64,000 bases of DNA from Burkholderiales bacterium (lineage in GTDB: Bacteria > Pseudomonadota > Gammaproteobacteria > Burkholderiales > SG8-39): assembly GCA_035649175.1 (NCBI GenBank), contig DASRKB010000237.1, positions 676-64,675 of the forward strand, written 5' to 3'. Positions 45,991 to 55,421 of this stretch are shown here, piece after piece (within the stretch, counting starts at the first letter, position 1; each line of letters begins with the position of its first letter). Below the pieces are notes generated by a model, which did not search any database, was not told where the DNA came from, and saw only the letters and a list, made by a program, of their open reading frames with translations. The position numbers were made by a program, and so were the translations under genes.

Positions 45991-47012
45991 TTCGCCACCC
46001 CGCCGGTCAGGCGGATCCTCGGGTCGAGCGCGGCGAGCAGCAGATCGGAGATGAACATGCCGATCACCGTGAGCAGCGACAGGAACATGAGGAACGACCC
46101 GGCGAGGTACTGGTCCTGGGCGCGCAGCGCCTCCAGCAGCATCGGCCCGGAGGTCTGCAGCGAGAGCACCACCGCGACGATCGCCGAGCCCGAGATCACC
46201 GAGGGCAGCAGGTTGCCGATGTCGGAGATGAAGGGGTTGAGCGACATGCGCAGCGGATACTTCACGAGCAGGCGGAAGGGCGGCATGCCCTTGGAGCGCG
46301 CGGTGACCACGTACTGCTTTTGGAGCTCGTCGAGCAGGTTCGCGCGCAGGCGCCGGATCATGCCGGCGGTGCCCGAGGTGCCGATCACGATCACCGGGAT
46401 CCACAGGTGCTCGAGCACCGAGCGCGCCTTGCCCCAGCTCCAGGGCTCGCCCAGGTACTCCGGGTCCATGATGCCGCCGATCGACAGGCCGAACTGCACG
46501 TTGGCGAAGTACATCAGCACCAGCGCGAGCAGGAAGTTCGGCGTGGCGAGGCCGATGTAGCCGATAAAGGTCAGGCCGTGGTCGCCCCAGCTGTACTGGT
46601 GCGTCGCGGCGTACACGCCGATCGGGAAGGCGACCGCCCAGGTGAACAGGATCACCGAAAAATTGAGGATGAAGGACAGGAACAGCCTGTCGCCGACGAC
46701 CTCCTTCACCGGCAGGTCGTGCTCGAAGGACCAGCCGAGGTCGCCCTGCAGGAGGCCCGCGAAACCGCGTTCCCCCGGCCACAGCCCGATCCAGACGCCG
46801 TACTGCTCGAGGAAGGGCTTGTCCAGCCCGTACTGCTTCCTCAGGAACTCGGCCCTCTCCGCCGCCGCCCGGTCGCCCTGGCTCTGCAGCTCGGCGATCT
46901 GGTTGGAGAGGAAGTCCCCCGGGGGCAGCTGGATGATCACAAAGGTGACGAAGCTGATCACCAGCAGCGTCGGGATCATGATCAGCACCCGCCGGAGGGT
47001 GTAGCGCAGCAT
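45987..47012 (-). CDS. peptide/opine-type ABC transporter permease (YejB/DppB-like), 341 aa
   Basis: C-terminal part of track ORF 45987..48218, from the ATG at 47012 (MLRYTLRRVLIMIPTLLVISFVTFVIIQLPPGDF...). It shows the YVVTARSKGMPP EAA-loop region. 1-nt overlap (TAATG) with the binding-protein stop. Confidence 0.88.
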   Translation of the reverse strand: MLRYTLRRVLIMIPTLLVISFVTFVIIQLPPGDFLSNQIAELQSQGDRAAAERAEFLRKQYGLDKPFLEQYGVWIGLWPGERGFAGLLQGDLGWSFEHDLPVKEVVGDRLFLSFILNFSVILFTWAVAFPIGVYAATHQYSWGDHGLTFIGYIGLATPNFLLALVLMYFANVQFGLSIGGIMDPEYLGEPWSWGKARSVLEHLWIPVIVIGTSGTAGMIRRLRANLLDELQKQYVVTARSKGMPPFRLLVKYPLRMSLNPFISDIGNLLPSVISGSAIVAVVLSLQTSGPMLLEALRAQDQYLAGSFLMFLSLLTVIGMFISDLLLAALDPRIRLTGGVAK

Positions 47013-48892
47013 TACTTGCGGTACCAGAAGGTGTCGGGGTGGTACACGCCGAAGAACGCGCCCGGGTCCCAGTTGTAGAAGCCGGTCTTGGGCACATTCA
47101 TGAGCGTCTCGCGGGCGACCACGGGCTGCGGCACGCCGGTGATGACGCCGATGGTGAACTGCTGCTGGGCATGGATCTCGAGCATGCGGTGCCAGACGCG
47201 CGTGCGCTCCTCGCTCGTCGCCGCGGCGCGCCAGTCGCGGTACAGGTCGGCGAGCGCCTTGACTTCGGGGACGTCCGGCGCGACGCCGGCCTTGCCGCTC
47301 GTCTCCCAGTACTGGCCGAACTTGGGCCACTGGAGCTGCACCTGGTTGGTCGGCGCGAGCTCCTCCGGGCTCGTCTCGGAGGTCGGCAGGCCGTTGTCCA
47401 GCCCGCTCCAGGCCGACATCAGCGTGTCCCCGGAGAAGACGCGCATGCGGAACGCCTCGCGTTGCGAGGGCTTGCTGAAGAGCTTGATGCCGGCCTCGCG
47501 CCAGGTCTCCCGGATGAGCTCGAGCACGTCGGTCTGCTCGGTCGACTCGCCGGCGGTCTCGACGATGATCTCGAGCGGCCGGCCGTCGGGCAGCCGGCGG
47601 ATGCCGTCGGGGCCACGCTTGAGACCCATGTCGTCGAGCAGCTTCGCCGCCGCCTTCTTGTCGTAGCGCGACCACGCCTCGCGGTACTCGCGCTTGTAGA
47701 GCGGGCTCGCCTCGAGCACCGTGTTGCCCGACTCGAGCGCGAGGCCGAAGTAGAGCGACTGGTTGATGAGCGAGCGGTCGATGGCAAGCGAGAGCGCGCG
47801 CCGGAAGCGCACGTCGCGCAGCACCGCGCGCCAGACCGGGTCGTTGGCGTTGAGGTTGGGGAAGAGCGCGAAGTGCGCGCCCTTGCCCGGCCGCCACAGC
47901 AGCGTGCGGTAGTTGTTGGTCTTCTCGTTCTCCTTGAGGAAGGTGACGTTGCTGAAGTTGAGGTCGCGCGCCTGCAGATCGGCCTCGCCCGCGCCGGTCT
48001 TGGCAGGGATGAGCTTCGAGTCGGCGATCGCCAGCACGAAGCGGTCGATGTAGGGGAGCTGGTTGCCCTTGGCGTCCACGCGGTGGAAGTAGGGGTTGCG
48101 CACCGCGACGAAGCGGTCGGCCGGCGGCCGGGTGGTGTTCATCCACGGGTTGAGCGTCGGCAGGTCCGGGTTGTCCGAGTCGTACAGGTTGTCCATCCGG
48201 TTGTGCGTCGCCGACCACTTGCGCTGCGCGCTGCCGTCCTCATCGGCCTTCCTGACCTTCTCCGAGTACTTCTTGTGGAAGGCCTTCATGTAGTGCGCCG
48301 GGCGGAAGATGTAGAGCGGCGAGGCGCCCGCAAGGCGCGGCAGGAACTCCGGGTTGGGCTTGGGCCAGGTGTAGCGCACCTCGGTCGGGGACAGCACCTC
48401 GAACTTCGGCAGCTCCTCGCCCACCATGAGCTCGCGCGGCGGCCCGGCCGGGGAGAGCTCCTTGTTGTGCGCGACGTCCTCCCAGTAGTAGCGGAAGTCC
48501 TCGGTGGTGAACGGATGGCCGTCGGACCAGCGGTGCCCGGCGCGCAGCCTGAGCGTGAACACGCGCCCGTCCTTCACGTCGTACGACTGCAGGATGTCGG
48601 GCACCAGGTTGAACTTGCGATCGTAGCCCACGAGCCGCGCGTAGCCGTAGATGGTGAACAGGCGCGTGTCGCGCGTGCGGCCGGCGAGCGAGTTGAGCGT
48701 CCCGCCGTGGCGTCCCAAGGAGGTGCCGTCCTCGCCGAGGGGCACGACCAGCGGCTCGCGCGGCAGGCGCCTGTCGACCGGCGGCAGCTTGCCCGCCTTG
48801 ACCTCGGCGGCGAGCGACGGGGGTTCCACGTAGGTCTGCGCCAGGCAAAACACCGGGGATAGAAAGAAGACCGAAAGGAAAAGCCGTCTCAT
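47012..48892 (-). CDS. ABC transporter substrate-binding protein, family 5 (YejA-like, long form), 626 aa
   Basis: C-terminal part of track ORF 47012..49693, from the ATG at 48892. Signal peptide [19 protein letters not shown]. The length and motifs (GRVFTLRLRAGHRWSDGHPFTTEDF, NPYFHRVD, YIDR) fit YejA-type SBPs. ATGA overlap with the ATPase stop. Confidence 0.85.
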   Translation of the reverse strand: MRRLFLSVFFLSPVFCLAQTYVEPPSLAAEVKAGKLPPVDRRLPREPLVVPLGEDGTSLGRHGGTLNSLAGRTRDTRLFTIYGYARLVGYDRKFNLVPDILQSYDVKDGRVFTLRLRAGHRWSDGHPFTTEDFRYYWEDVAHNKELSPAGPPRELMVGEELPKFEVLSPTEVRYTWPKPNPEFLPRLAGASPLYIFRPAHYMKAFHKKYSEKVRKADEDGSAQRKWSATHNRMDNLYDSDNPDLPTLNPWMNTTRPPADRFVAVRNPYFHRVDAKGNQLPYIDRFVLAIADSKLIPAKTGAGEADLQARDLNFSNVTFLKENEKTNNYRTLLWRPGKGAHFALFPNLNANDPVWRAVLRDVRFRRALSLAIDRSLINQSLYFGLALESGNTVLEASPLYKREYREAWSRYDKKAAAKLLDDMGLKRGPDGIRRLPDGRPLEIIVETAGESTEQTDVLELIRETWREAGIKLFSKPSQREAFRMRVFSGDTLMSAWSGLDNGLPTSETSPEELAPTNQVQLQWPKFGQYWETSGKAGVAPDVPEVKALADLYRDWRAAATSEERTRVWHRMLEIHAQQQFTIGVITGVPQPVVARETLMNVPKTGFYNWDPGAFFGVYHPDTFWYRK

Positions 48893-50727
48893 GCCGCCCT
48901 CACGTAGTGTCCGTTGCCCACGTGCTGGAGCGCGGGTCGCCGGTTGGTATCGATGCGGAACTCGCCCGGCCAGGCGGCCGGGTCGGAGGCCTTGCCCTCC
49001 ATCAGGGCGTTGAAATCGAGCTTCTTCTCGACGCTGGGCTCGGGAACCGCGGCGAGCAGCGCCTGCGTGTAGGGGTGGCGCGGGTTGCGGAACAGCGTCG
49101 CGGCGGGCGCGATCTCGACCAGGCGTCCGGCGCACATGACCGCGATGCGGTCGGCGAGGTAGTTCACCACCGCGAGGTTGTGCGAGATGAAGATGTAGGT
49201 GAGGCCGAGCGCGGCGCGCAGGTCGGCGAGCAGGTTGAGCACCTGCGCCTGCACCGAGACGTCGAGCGCCGAGACCGGCTCGTCGAGCAGCAGCAGCTCC
49301 GGCCCGAGCGCGAGCGCACGCGCGATGCCGATCCTCTGACGCTGCCCGCCGGAGAAGCTGTGCGGATAGCGGCGCAAATGGCGCACGTCCAGGCCGACGA
49401 GCGCCATCATCTCCTTCACGCGCTCGAAGCGCTCCTCGGGGTCCCCGACCTTGTGGATCACCAGCGGCTCGCTCACGATGTCGTAGGCCGTCATGCGCGG
49501 GTTGAGCGAGCTGAAGGGGTCCTGGAACACGAACTGAACCTGGCGGCGGTAGGCAAAAAGCTCCTCGCCCTTCATCTCCAGGATCTTTCTGTTCTTGAAA
49601 AGAATCTCCCCGGCATCCGGCGCCACGGAGCGCAGGATCATGCGCGCGGTCGTGGTCTTGCCGCAGCCCGACTCCCCCACGATGCCCAGGCACTCGCCGG
49701 CGCGCACGTCGAAGGAGACGTCGTCGACCGCGAGGAGCTCGGCCGCGGGGCCGCCGAACATTCCCCGCTTGCGGATCGCGTAGCGCTTGGTGAGGTTGCG
49801 CACCTCGAGGAGCTTGCCGCGCGGCTCCTCGAACAGCTTCTTCCCCTTCATGATGTGCGAGCCCTCGATCTGTACCTCGCGGATCGGCGTAAGGCGCTCG
49901 TCCGCGGCCATGCCGAAGCGCGGCACGGCGCGCATCAGCGCCCGGAGATACGGATGGCGCGGGTCGCGGAAGATGTCGGCAATCGCTCCCGACTCCATGA
50001 CGCGCCCGCGGTACATGACCACCACCTCGTCGGCCATGTTCGCCACCACGCCGAGGTCATGGGTGATCAGCATGACCGTCATGCCGAGCTCGGCCTGGAG
50101 CTGCTTGATGAGCTGGAGGATCTGCGCCTGGATGGTGACGTCGAGCGCGGTGGTGGGCTCGTCGGCAATGAGCAGCGCCGGCCGGCAGACGAGTGCCATC
50201 GCGATCATGGCGCGCTGGCGCAGGCCGCCGGAAAGCTCGAAGGGGTACGTGTGCTCGGCCTTGACCGGGTCGGGGAACCCCACCAGGCGCAGCATCTCGA
50301 TCGTCGCGGCCATGCGCTCGCGGCGCCCGAGGTCCTCGCGGTGCAGGCCGAGCGCCTCGCCAACCTGGTTGCCGATGGTATGCAGCGGGGAAAGCGCCGT
50401 CATCGGCTCCTGGAAGATGATCGAGATGCGCCCGCCGCGAATGTGCTGCATGGCGCGGCTCGCGGGCGGGATTCTCGCGATGTCGACCTCGGCGCCCTTG
50501 GCTTTGGGATCGCGGAACAGGATTTCGCCGTCCGTGATGCGCGCGATGCGGGGCAGGATGCCCATGATCGATTGCGCGACGACCGACTTGCCGGACCCCG
50601 ATTCGCCGACGAGCGCGACCGTGCCGCCCTCGGGAACGCGAAAGGATACGCCGTCGACGGCCTTCACGGTGCCGGCATCGACGGCGATGTGCACCTTCAG
50701 GTCCCGTACGGCAAGCAGGTCAGCCAT
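48889..50727 (-). CDS. fused double ABC ATPase (YejF/DppDF-like), 612 aa
   Basis: Track ORF 48889..50727. It has two complete NBDs: GESGSGKSV...LSGGLRQR...[12 protein letters not shown] and GESGCGKTT...FSGGQRQR...[12 protein letters not shown]. Confidence 0.92.
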   Translation of the reverse strand: MADLLAVRDLKVHIAVDAGTVKAVDGVSFRVPEGGTVALVGESGSGKSVVAQSIMGILPRIARITDGEILFRDPKAKGAEVDIARIPPASRAMQHIRGGRISIIFQEPMTALSPLHTIGNQVGEALGLHREDLGRRERMAATIEMLRLVGFPDPVKAEHTYPFELSGGLRQRAMIAMALVCRPALLIADEPTTALDVTIQAQILQLIKQLQAELGMTVMLITHDLGVVANMADEVVVMYRGRVMESGAIADIFRDPRHPYLRALMRAVPRFGMAADERLTPIREVQIEGSHIMKGKKLFEEPRGKLLEVRNLTKRYAIRKRGMFGGPAAELLAVDDVSFDVRAGECLGIVGESGCGKTTTARMILRSVAPDAGEILFKNRKILEMKGEELFAYRRQVQFVFQDPFSSLNPRMTAYDIVSEPLVIHKVGDPEERFERVKEMMALVGLDVRHLRRYPHSFSGGQRQRIGIARALALGPELLLLDEPVSALDVSVQAQVLNLLADLRAALGLTYIFISHNLAVVNYLADRIAVMCAGRLVEIAPAATLFRNPRHPYTQALLAAVPEPSVEKKLDFNALMEGKASDPAAWPGEFRIDTNRRPALQHVGNGHYVRAA

Positions 50728-51421
50728 GGCCCGCGGCAGTATACGAGAAGAGCTCCGGCGCGCTGGCCCAGCGCACGCCCTCTACGCGCGAAAGCCGCTC
50801 GAGGAAACACCACGCGGCCTCGTCGTGCACCGCATGATGCGTGAGCCAGCCGACCGGGTTGGTCAGGCCCATAAGCTCGGTCGCGGTGGCGAGCGCCTGC
50901 TCCTCGCCGATGAAGCGCCTGCCCTCGCGCCAGGCCACGATGTCGATGTGCGTGTTGACCTGCCGCAGGCCCCGAACCGGCTTCGCCGCGCCATCCCGGC
51001 TCAATCCGGTGAAGCCGGCCTGTGGGAGCGACTCGGCGAGGCTCTCGCGGATGCGATTCCACGGCGGCACGAGCACCGGCAGCGCCCGCTCGCCCGCGAG
51101 CTTCTTCAGCCGCTGCGCCGCAGCGGACAGCCGCTCGAGAGCGCGCGCGTCGGGCTCCGAGGCCGGGAATTCGGTCTTCTTCTCAGCCGGACCGGCGCGG
51201 TTGCGGTGGTCGGCACCGTGCTGAAGAACGCTCACGCTGTCCCGCAGGAGATGGAAGAGCTCCGGGACCGCGAGCTGCGGCACGACCGCGAGTGCAAGCG
51301 GCACCTGAAAGCGCATCAGGCGCTCGAGGGCGGGCGTGGGCAGCGCGGCGTCGTCGTCGCGCCACCAGAACGACACGCCACCGCGGATCCGGATCGCTTC
51401 CTCGAGGCGCGCCCAGCTCAT
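50720..51421 (-). CDS. divergent polysaccharide-deacetylase-like protein (DDD ... HGADH motifs), 233 aa
   Basis: Track ORF 50720..51421. FWWRDDDA and LQHGADHRN resemble NodB-type motif 1 (xDD) and motif 2 (HxxxH). The assignment is tentative. Its 3' end overlaps the ATPase start by 8 nt, and there is an ATGA overlap with the upstream GT stop. Confidence 0.5.
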   Translation of the reverse strand: MSWARLEEAIRIRGGVSFWWRDDDAALPTPALERLMRFQVPLALAVVPQLAVPELFHLLRDSVSVLQHGADHRNRAGPAEKKTEFPASEPDARALERLSAAAQRLKKLAGERALPVLVPPWNRIRESLAESLPQAGFTGLSRDGAAKPVRGLRQVNTHIDIVAWREGRRFIGEEQALATATELMGLTNPVGWLTHHAVHDEAAWCFLERLSRVEGVRWASAPELFSYTAAGHG

Positions 51422-52515
51422 GCGACCCAGCGCGCCACGAGCTCGGCGCTACGGCTGGCGCCGTCGAGGTCGATGTCGCTCGCCTGCGGACGCGGACGAG
51501 CCATCGCCTCGTCCACGGCGGCTGCCAGAGCCGCCGGAGAAAGATCTCTTTCTTCCAGGACGGCCACAAGTCCCCTGTCTGCGAAAAGCCGGGCCCGCAT
51601 TCCCTGCTCCGTCTCGCTCCCCTGCGAGAAAGGCACCACCACGGCCCGGGTCCGGGCCTGCAGCGTCTCCAAGAGCGTGTTGTAACCCGCCTGGCTCACC
51701 GATAGCTCGCAATTCCGGAGCAGCGTCGCGAAATCGATCCGGGCGCGCTCGATGATCACGCCGCTCCGCGGCTCTACCCCCTCCAGGCTTGCATTGATAC
51801 CGCCCAGCAGCCGCCAGGTCCGGTCGCGGAGCCGCGTAAGCGGCCGGGCGACGAGCGCCGTCTCCAGTAGGCGCCGCCCCACGGCTCCGCCGCCTGCCGA
51901 CACGAGCACCTCGCCCCGCCCTGCGTCACCGGCGACGGGCGCCTCCTCGACGACATAGCCAGTATAAAAGAGCCGGTCCGCTAGTTGGGCCGCCGCGGAA
52001 AAGCTCATCTCGAACGGCGCGATGTCGGGGTCGCCGTGGACGAGGACCTTGTGGAAATGCGCCTCGATGAGCCCAACGGCCGCCGCCTCCCGCTCGGGAC
52101 GCTTCTGCAGGATATCCCGCACCGAGCAGATGACCAGCGCGCCGCGCGCCGCCTCGAGGAGCGGCAGGAGCTCGAACCGAAGCTGGCGCCGGCCGAAGGG
52201 AAAGAGCTCGACAATCAGGACATCGGCCCCGGCGGCGCGCCATGCCTCGAGCAGCATTTCCTTTCTTCTCTCCTTCCAGGCCTCGCCGATCGGCCGCCCG
52301 GCTTCGTCCACGAAGGTCTTGAACGCCGCGTCGGCCGCCGCCATGGGGGGAAGCTGCACCCGCTTTCCGGGAAACGACAGCGCCGGGACCGGCGCGCCGC
52401 CGCTCGCGAGCGTCACGTCGAACCCCGCCGCGGCGAGCGCGCGGCACAAAACCACCGCGCGCTTCAGGTGGCCGATGCCCAGGAGGTGCTGCACGTGGAA
52501 GAAAACCCGCTTCAT
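51418..52515 (-). CDS. GT-B fold glycosyltransferase (GT28/MurG-like, COG4671-type; GIGHLKR motif), 365 aa
   Basis: Track ORF 51418..52515. The N-terminal FFHVQHLLGIGHLKR and C-terminal SQAGYNTLLE motifs are shared with the paralog at 55422..56651. Confidence 0.7.
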   Translation of the reverse strand: MKRVFFHVQHLLGIGHLKRAVVLCRALAAAGFDVTLASGGAPVPALSFPGKRVQLPPMAAADAAFKTFVDEAGRPIGEAWKERRKEMLLEAWRAAGADVLIVELFPFGRRQLRFELLPLLEAARGALVICSVRDILQKRPEREAAAVGLIEAHFHKVLVHGDPDIAPFEMSFSAAAQLADRLFYTGYVVEEAPVAGDAGRGEVLVSAGGGAVGRRLLETALVARPLTRLRDRTWRLLGGINASLEGVEPRSGVIIERARIDFATLLRNCELSVSQAGYNTLLETLQARTRAVVVPFSQGSETEQGMRARLFADRGLVAVLEERDLSPAALAAAVDEAMARPRPQASDIDLDGASRSAELVARWVA

Positions 52516-53111
52516 TCCCGGAGTTCGGGGTCAGACACCGAACCGCTCACATTGAGTTGCTTGACCCGAATATTGGCCCGCCCGTCGACCTCGAAGAGCT
52601 GCACCGCCGCGCGGTCGAGCTTCGCGGGGGGCCTGCCGAGCATGTCCCAGCCGGTCGCAGCGGCGAGCACCACGCGGATCACGCCGCGGTGGGTGATCGC
52701 GAGCGTAGGCTCGCGCTGCTCCTTCAGCCACGCGCTCGCCCGCCGCATCACGTCCCTCGGACTCTCGCCGCCGGGCGGGCGGAAGTCGAGGCCGCGGTCT
52801 TCGTTCTCGCGGAACGATTGCCCCAGGGACTCGCGGAGATCCTTCAGGAGGCCGCCCTGCCAGGCGCCCCAATCCATCTCCATGAGCCGCGGCTCGCGCG
52901 GCGCGTTGGGAAAGCCGAGCAGTGCCGCGGTCTCCACGCAGCGCAGGAGCGGGCTCGTCACGACGCGCATGCCGCGGCACGCCGCCGGGAGCTTCGTCGC
53001 GCGCGCCGCGGCGCGGCCCGCGTCCGAAAGCGGAACGTCGGTTTGCCCCTGGATGCGCCCTTCGGCGTTCCACGCCGTCTCGGCGTGCCGCAGGAGAGCG
53101 ACGACCGTCAC
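52512..53111 (-). CDS. histidine phosphatase family protein (phosphoglycerate-mutase-like), 199 aa
   Basis: C-terminal part of track ORF 52512..53318, from the GTG at 53111 (VTVVALLRHAETAWNAEGRIQGQTDVPLSDAG...), which carries the RHGE-type catalytic motif (RHAE). GTGA overlap with the upstream GT stop. Confidence 0.8.
   Translation of the reverse strand: MTVVALLRHAETAWNAEGRIQGQTDVPLSDAGRAAARATKLPAACRGMRVVTSPLLRCVETAALLGFPNAPREPRLMEMDWGAWQGGLLKDLRESLGQSFRENEDRGLDFRPPGGESPRDVMRRASAWLKEQREPTLAITHRGVIRVVLAAATGWDMLGRPPAKLDRAAVQLFEVDGRANIRVKQLNVSGSVSDPELRE
52523..52543. repeat. REP-like palindrome copy (GTTCGGGGTC-A-GACACCGAAC, 1 mismatch) inside the 3' end of the histidine phosphatase gene
   Basis: It has the same GGGGTC(A/T)GACCCC core as 37566, 41568 and 57506. 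It encodes the last residues (..SGSVSDPELRE) of the protein. Confidence 0.6.
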
Positions 53112-54208
53112 GGGAGCAACCGCAAGCGTTCTGCGGCGTGCGCCACGCTGCGTTCCGCGGCTACCCGCCTTGCCGCCTCCGCCCCCATGGCCGAGCGCTT
53201 GCCCTCGTCCATCAGCAGCTCGCGCACGCGAGCGGCGAGCGCGGCCTCGTCGAGCGAGGCTGCGAGCAGGCCGGTCCGGCCGTCCGCCACCACGTCGGGG
53301 ATGCCGCGCAAGGCGCACGAGACCACGGGAAGGCCGGCGGCCTGCGCCTCGAGCAGCGCCATGCCGAACGCCTCGTTGACGCCGGGCCAGACCATGAGGT
53401 CGCCGGCGCCGTAGAGGCGGACAAGTGCTTCTTCCTCCAGGGCGCCCAGGAATTTCACCCTATCCTTCAATTCATCGAACGCCGCTTCCACCCGTCCGCG
53501 CGCCGCCCCGTCGCCCGCGACGAGCAGGCGCCAGGGCAGGTCCACCACCCGGGAAAGCACCTTTGCGAGCAGGCGATAGGACTCGAGCTTGTCGCCTTCG
53601 CGCATCATCGCCGCCACCACGATCCATGGCTCGCTTTCCGGAAGGTGGAGCTGCCGCGCGAATGCATCCCGGGTTTCTTTCCCGTTCGCTCGATAAGGCG
53701 CGGGATCAAGGAAGGGCGGAAGGAAGGTGATGCGACCGCGGCCCACGAGCGGCACGAGGCACGCCTCGTCGTCGCGCGAGAGGCAGAACACGCGCGCGGT
53801 CATGCCGAGCGCCGCCGCGGTCGCCTCGTGCCCGATCGCCCAGGGCCCGCCGGCCCGCTTGGGCGCATGCGTGGCCTCGGCGAGCACGTATGGAATGCCG
53901 AGCGCTTTTGCGATGCGAGGCCCGAGCCAGTCTGGAGCCTTGTAGTACACGTGATAGGTGAACCAGAGCTGCGGCGTGTTTTCGCGCCACTTCCTCAGGA
54001 GCGAATCGGCAATACCGCCGGCTTCCTCGCGGATCGCGGCCTGGCGCGCGGGGTCGCCGCGGCCCTCGTAGCTGCGGAATTCCGAGGCGAGCTCGACCTC
54101 GTGGCCGGCGAGCGAAAGCGCCTGCATGAGCAGACGCGCCACGCGCCGGTCGCCCGAGGGAATAGCGTGCGTCGGCGCCTTAAGCGGTGCGTAGAACGCG
54201 ATCCGCAT
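53108..54208 (-). CDS. glycosyltransferase family 4 (GT-B, group 1), 366 aa
   Basis: Track ORF 53108..54208. The C-terminal domain reads LLVAGDGAARGRVE...DLMVWPGVNEAFGMALLEAQAAGLPVVS...DVVADGRTGLL, the E-x7-E region typical of GT4. Confidence 0.85.
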   Translation of the reverse strand: MRIAFYAPLKAPTHAIPSGDRRVARLLMQALSLAGHEVELASEFRSYEGRGDPARQAAIREEAGGIADSLLRKWRENTPQLWFTYHVYYKAPDWLGPRIAKALGIPYVLAEATHAPKRAGGPWAIGHEATAAALGMTARVFCLSRDDEACLVPLVGRGRITFLPPFLDPAPYRANGKETRDAFARQLHLPESEPWIVVAAMMREGDKLESYRLLAKVLSRVVDLPWRLLVAGDGAARGRVEAAFDELKDRVKFLGALEEEALVRLYGAGDLMVWPGVNEAFGMALLEAQAAGLPVVSCALRGIPDVVADGRTGLLAASLDEAALAARVRELLMDEGKRSAMGAEAARRVAAERSVAHAAERLRLLP

Positions 54209-55421
54209 CGCGCGATAGCCCGAACTTGCGCGCGAGGCGCTCGAGGTTCGCTTCCAGCATGAACTCGGCGCGCACGCGCGCGAGGCCCGCCTCGCCCAGC
54301 GCTCGCCGGCGCGCCGGGTCGCGGATCAGCGCTTCCAGGGCGCGCGCGAGCGCCGCGGAATCGTTCTCCGGGACGAGCACGCCGCTTTGCCCGTCGCGCA
54401 CGAGCTCCGGGATCGCGGACACGCGCGTGGCGACGCAGGCGAGCGCCTGGCTCTGCGCCTCGGCGAGCACGTTGGGCAGTCCATCGCGGTCGCCGTCTCC
54501 CGCGATGCGGCTCGCGAGGGCGAAGAGGTCCGCCTTGCGGTATTCCTCGAGGAGCTCGTCCTGGGTGAGCGGGCCGCGCCACTCGATGCTTTTCTCGATT
54601 CCCAAGGAGTTTGCCTTGAGGATCATCTTCTCCTTGAGCGGGCCGCCTCCGGCGTGCACCAGCTTCCACCGAAGCGCCGGAGGAAGAAGGCCGAGCGCCT
54701 CGAGCAGCACCTCCATGCCCTTTTTCTCGACCAGCCGGCACACCGAGAGGATCGTGACCGGCTCGCCGGCACCGTCGAGCGCGGGCCGCTGCGCGCCCCG
54801 CGGCGGAAAGCGGGAAAGATCGATGCCGTGGTAGACGAGCTCAACTCGCCCCGGCGGCGCAAGCGCGGCGAGGTGCTCGCGGTTCGCGGCAGTGCACGTC
54901 ACCAGCCACTCGCAAGAGGCGAGCTTCTCGCGCTTCTCCCATTCCGGCGTGGTCCAGATGTCTTTGGCGTGCGCGGAGCCGGTCCACGGCATGCCGAGCA
55001 GCGCGGCGCCGTAGCGCGTGACCGATGCCGGCGTGTGCAGGAAATGGGCGTGCAGGCTGCGCACGTCCCCGGGGAGCTCGGCGGCGAGCACCAGCGCCTG
55101 CCCGAAGCGGCGCACGCGGTTCGCCGTCGGGTCACGCTGCAGATCCTTCAGCCAAAGGGATCTTGCATTCGTGTATCCGGCCGTCTTCCTCGTTCTCCAC
55201 CATCCCTTGAGAACCCGGAAAGGCTCGAGAAGGAGATACTCGGGGAGATACAGGACCTGCGCGCGGATCGCACGGTGCACGGCGTGCACGCGGCCCTCGG
55301 TCGGCTTGCGCAGCGAGACGATCAGGATATCCAGGCTGCGGCGCTCAAGCGCGGCGATCTCCTGGGCGATGAACGCCTCGGAGAGCCGGGGATATCCCTT
55401 CAGGACAAAAGCGACCCGCAA
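54180..55421 (-). CDS. glycosyltransferase family 4 (WcaL-like), 413 aa
   Basis: Track ORF 54180..55421. The N-terminus is MRVAFVLKGYPRLSEAFIAQEI. The C-terminal domain reads LVHAGGGPLKE...GDGDRDGLPNVLAEAQSQALACVAT...ELVRDGQSGVLV. It overlaps the next GT4 gene by 29 nt. Confidence 0.85.
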   Translation of the reverse strand: MRVAFVLKGYPRLSEAFIAQEIAALERRSLDILIVSLRKPTEGRVHAVHRAIRAQVLYLPEYLLLEPFRVLKGWWRTRKTAGYTNARSLWLKDLQRDPTANRVRRFGQALVLAAELPGDVRSLHAHFLHTPASVTRYGAALLGMPWTGSAHAKDIWTTPEWEKREKLASCEWLVTCTAANREHLAALAPPGRVELVYHGIDLSRFPPRGAQRPALDGAGEPVTILSVCRLVEKKGMEVLLEALGLLPPALRWKLVHAGGGPLKEKMILKANSLGIEKSIEWRGPLTQDELLEEYRKADLFALASRIAGDGDRDGLPNVLAEAQSQALACVATRVSAIPELVRDGQSGVLVPENDSAALARALEALIRDPARRRALGEAGLARVRAEFMLEANLERLARKFGLSRDADRVLRTA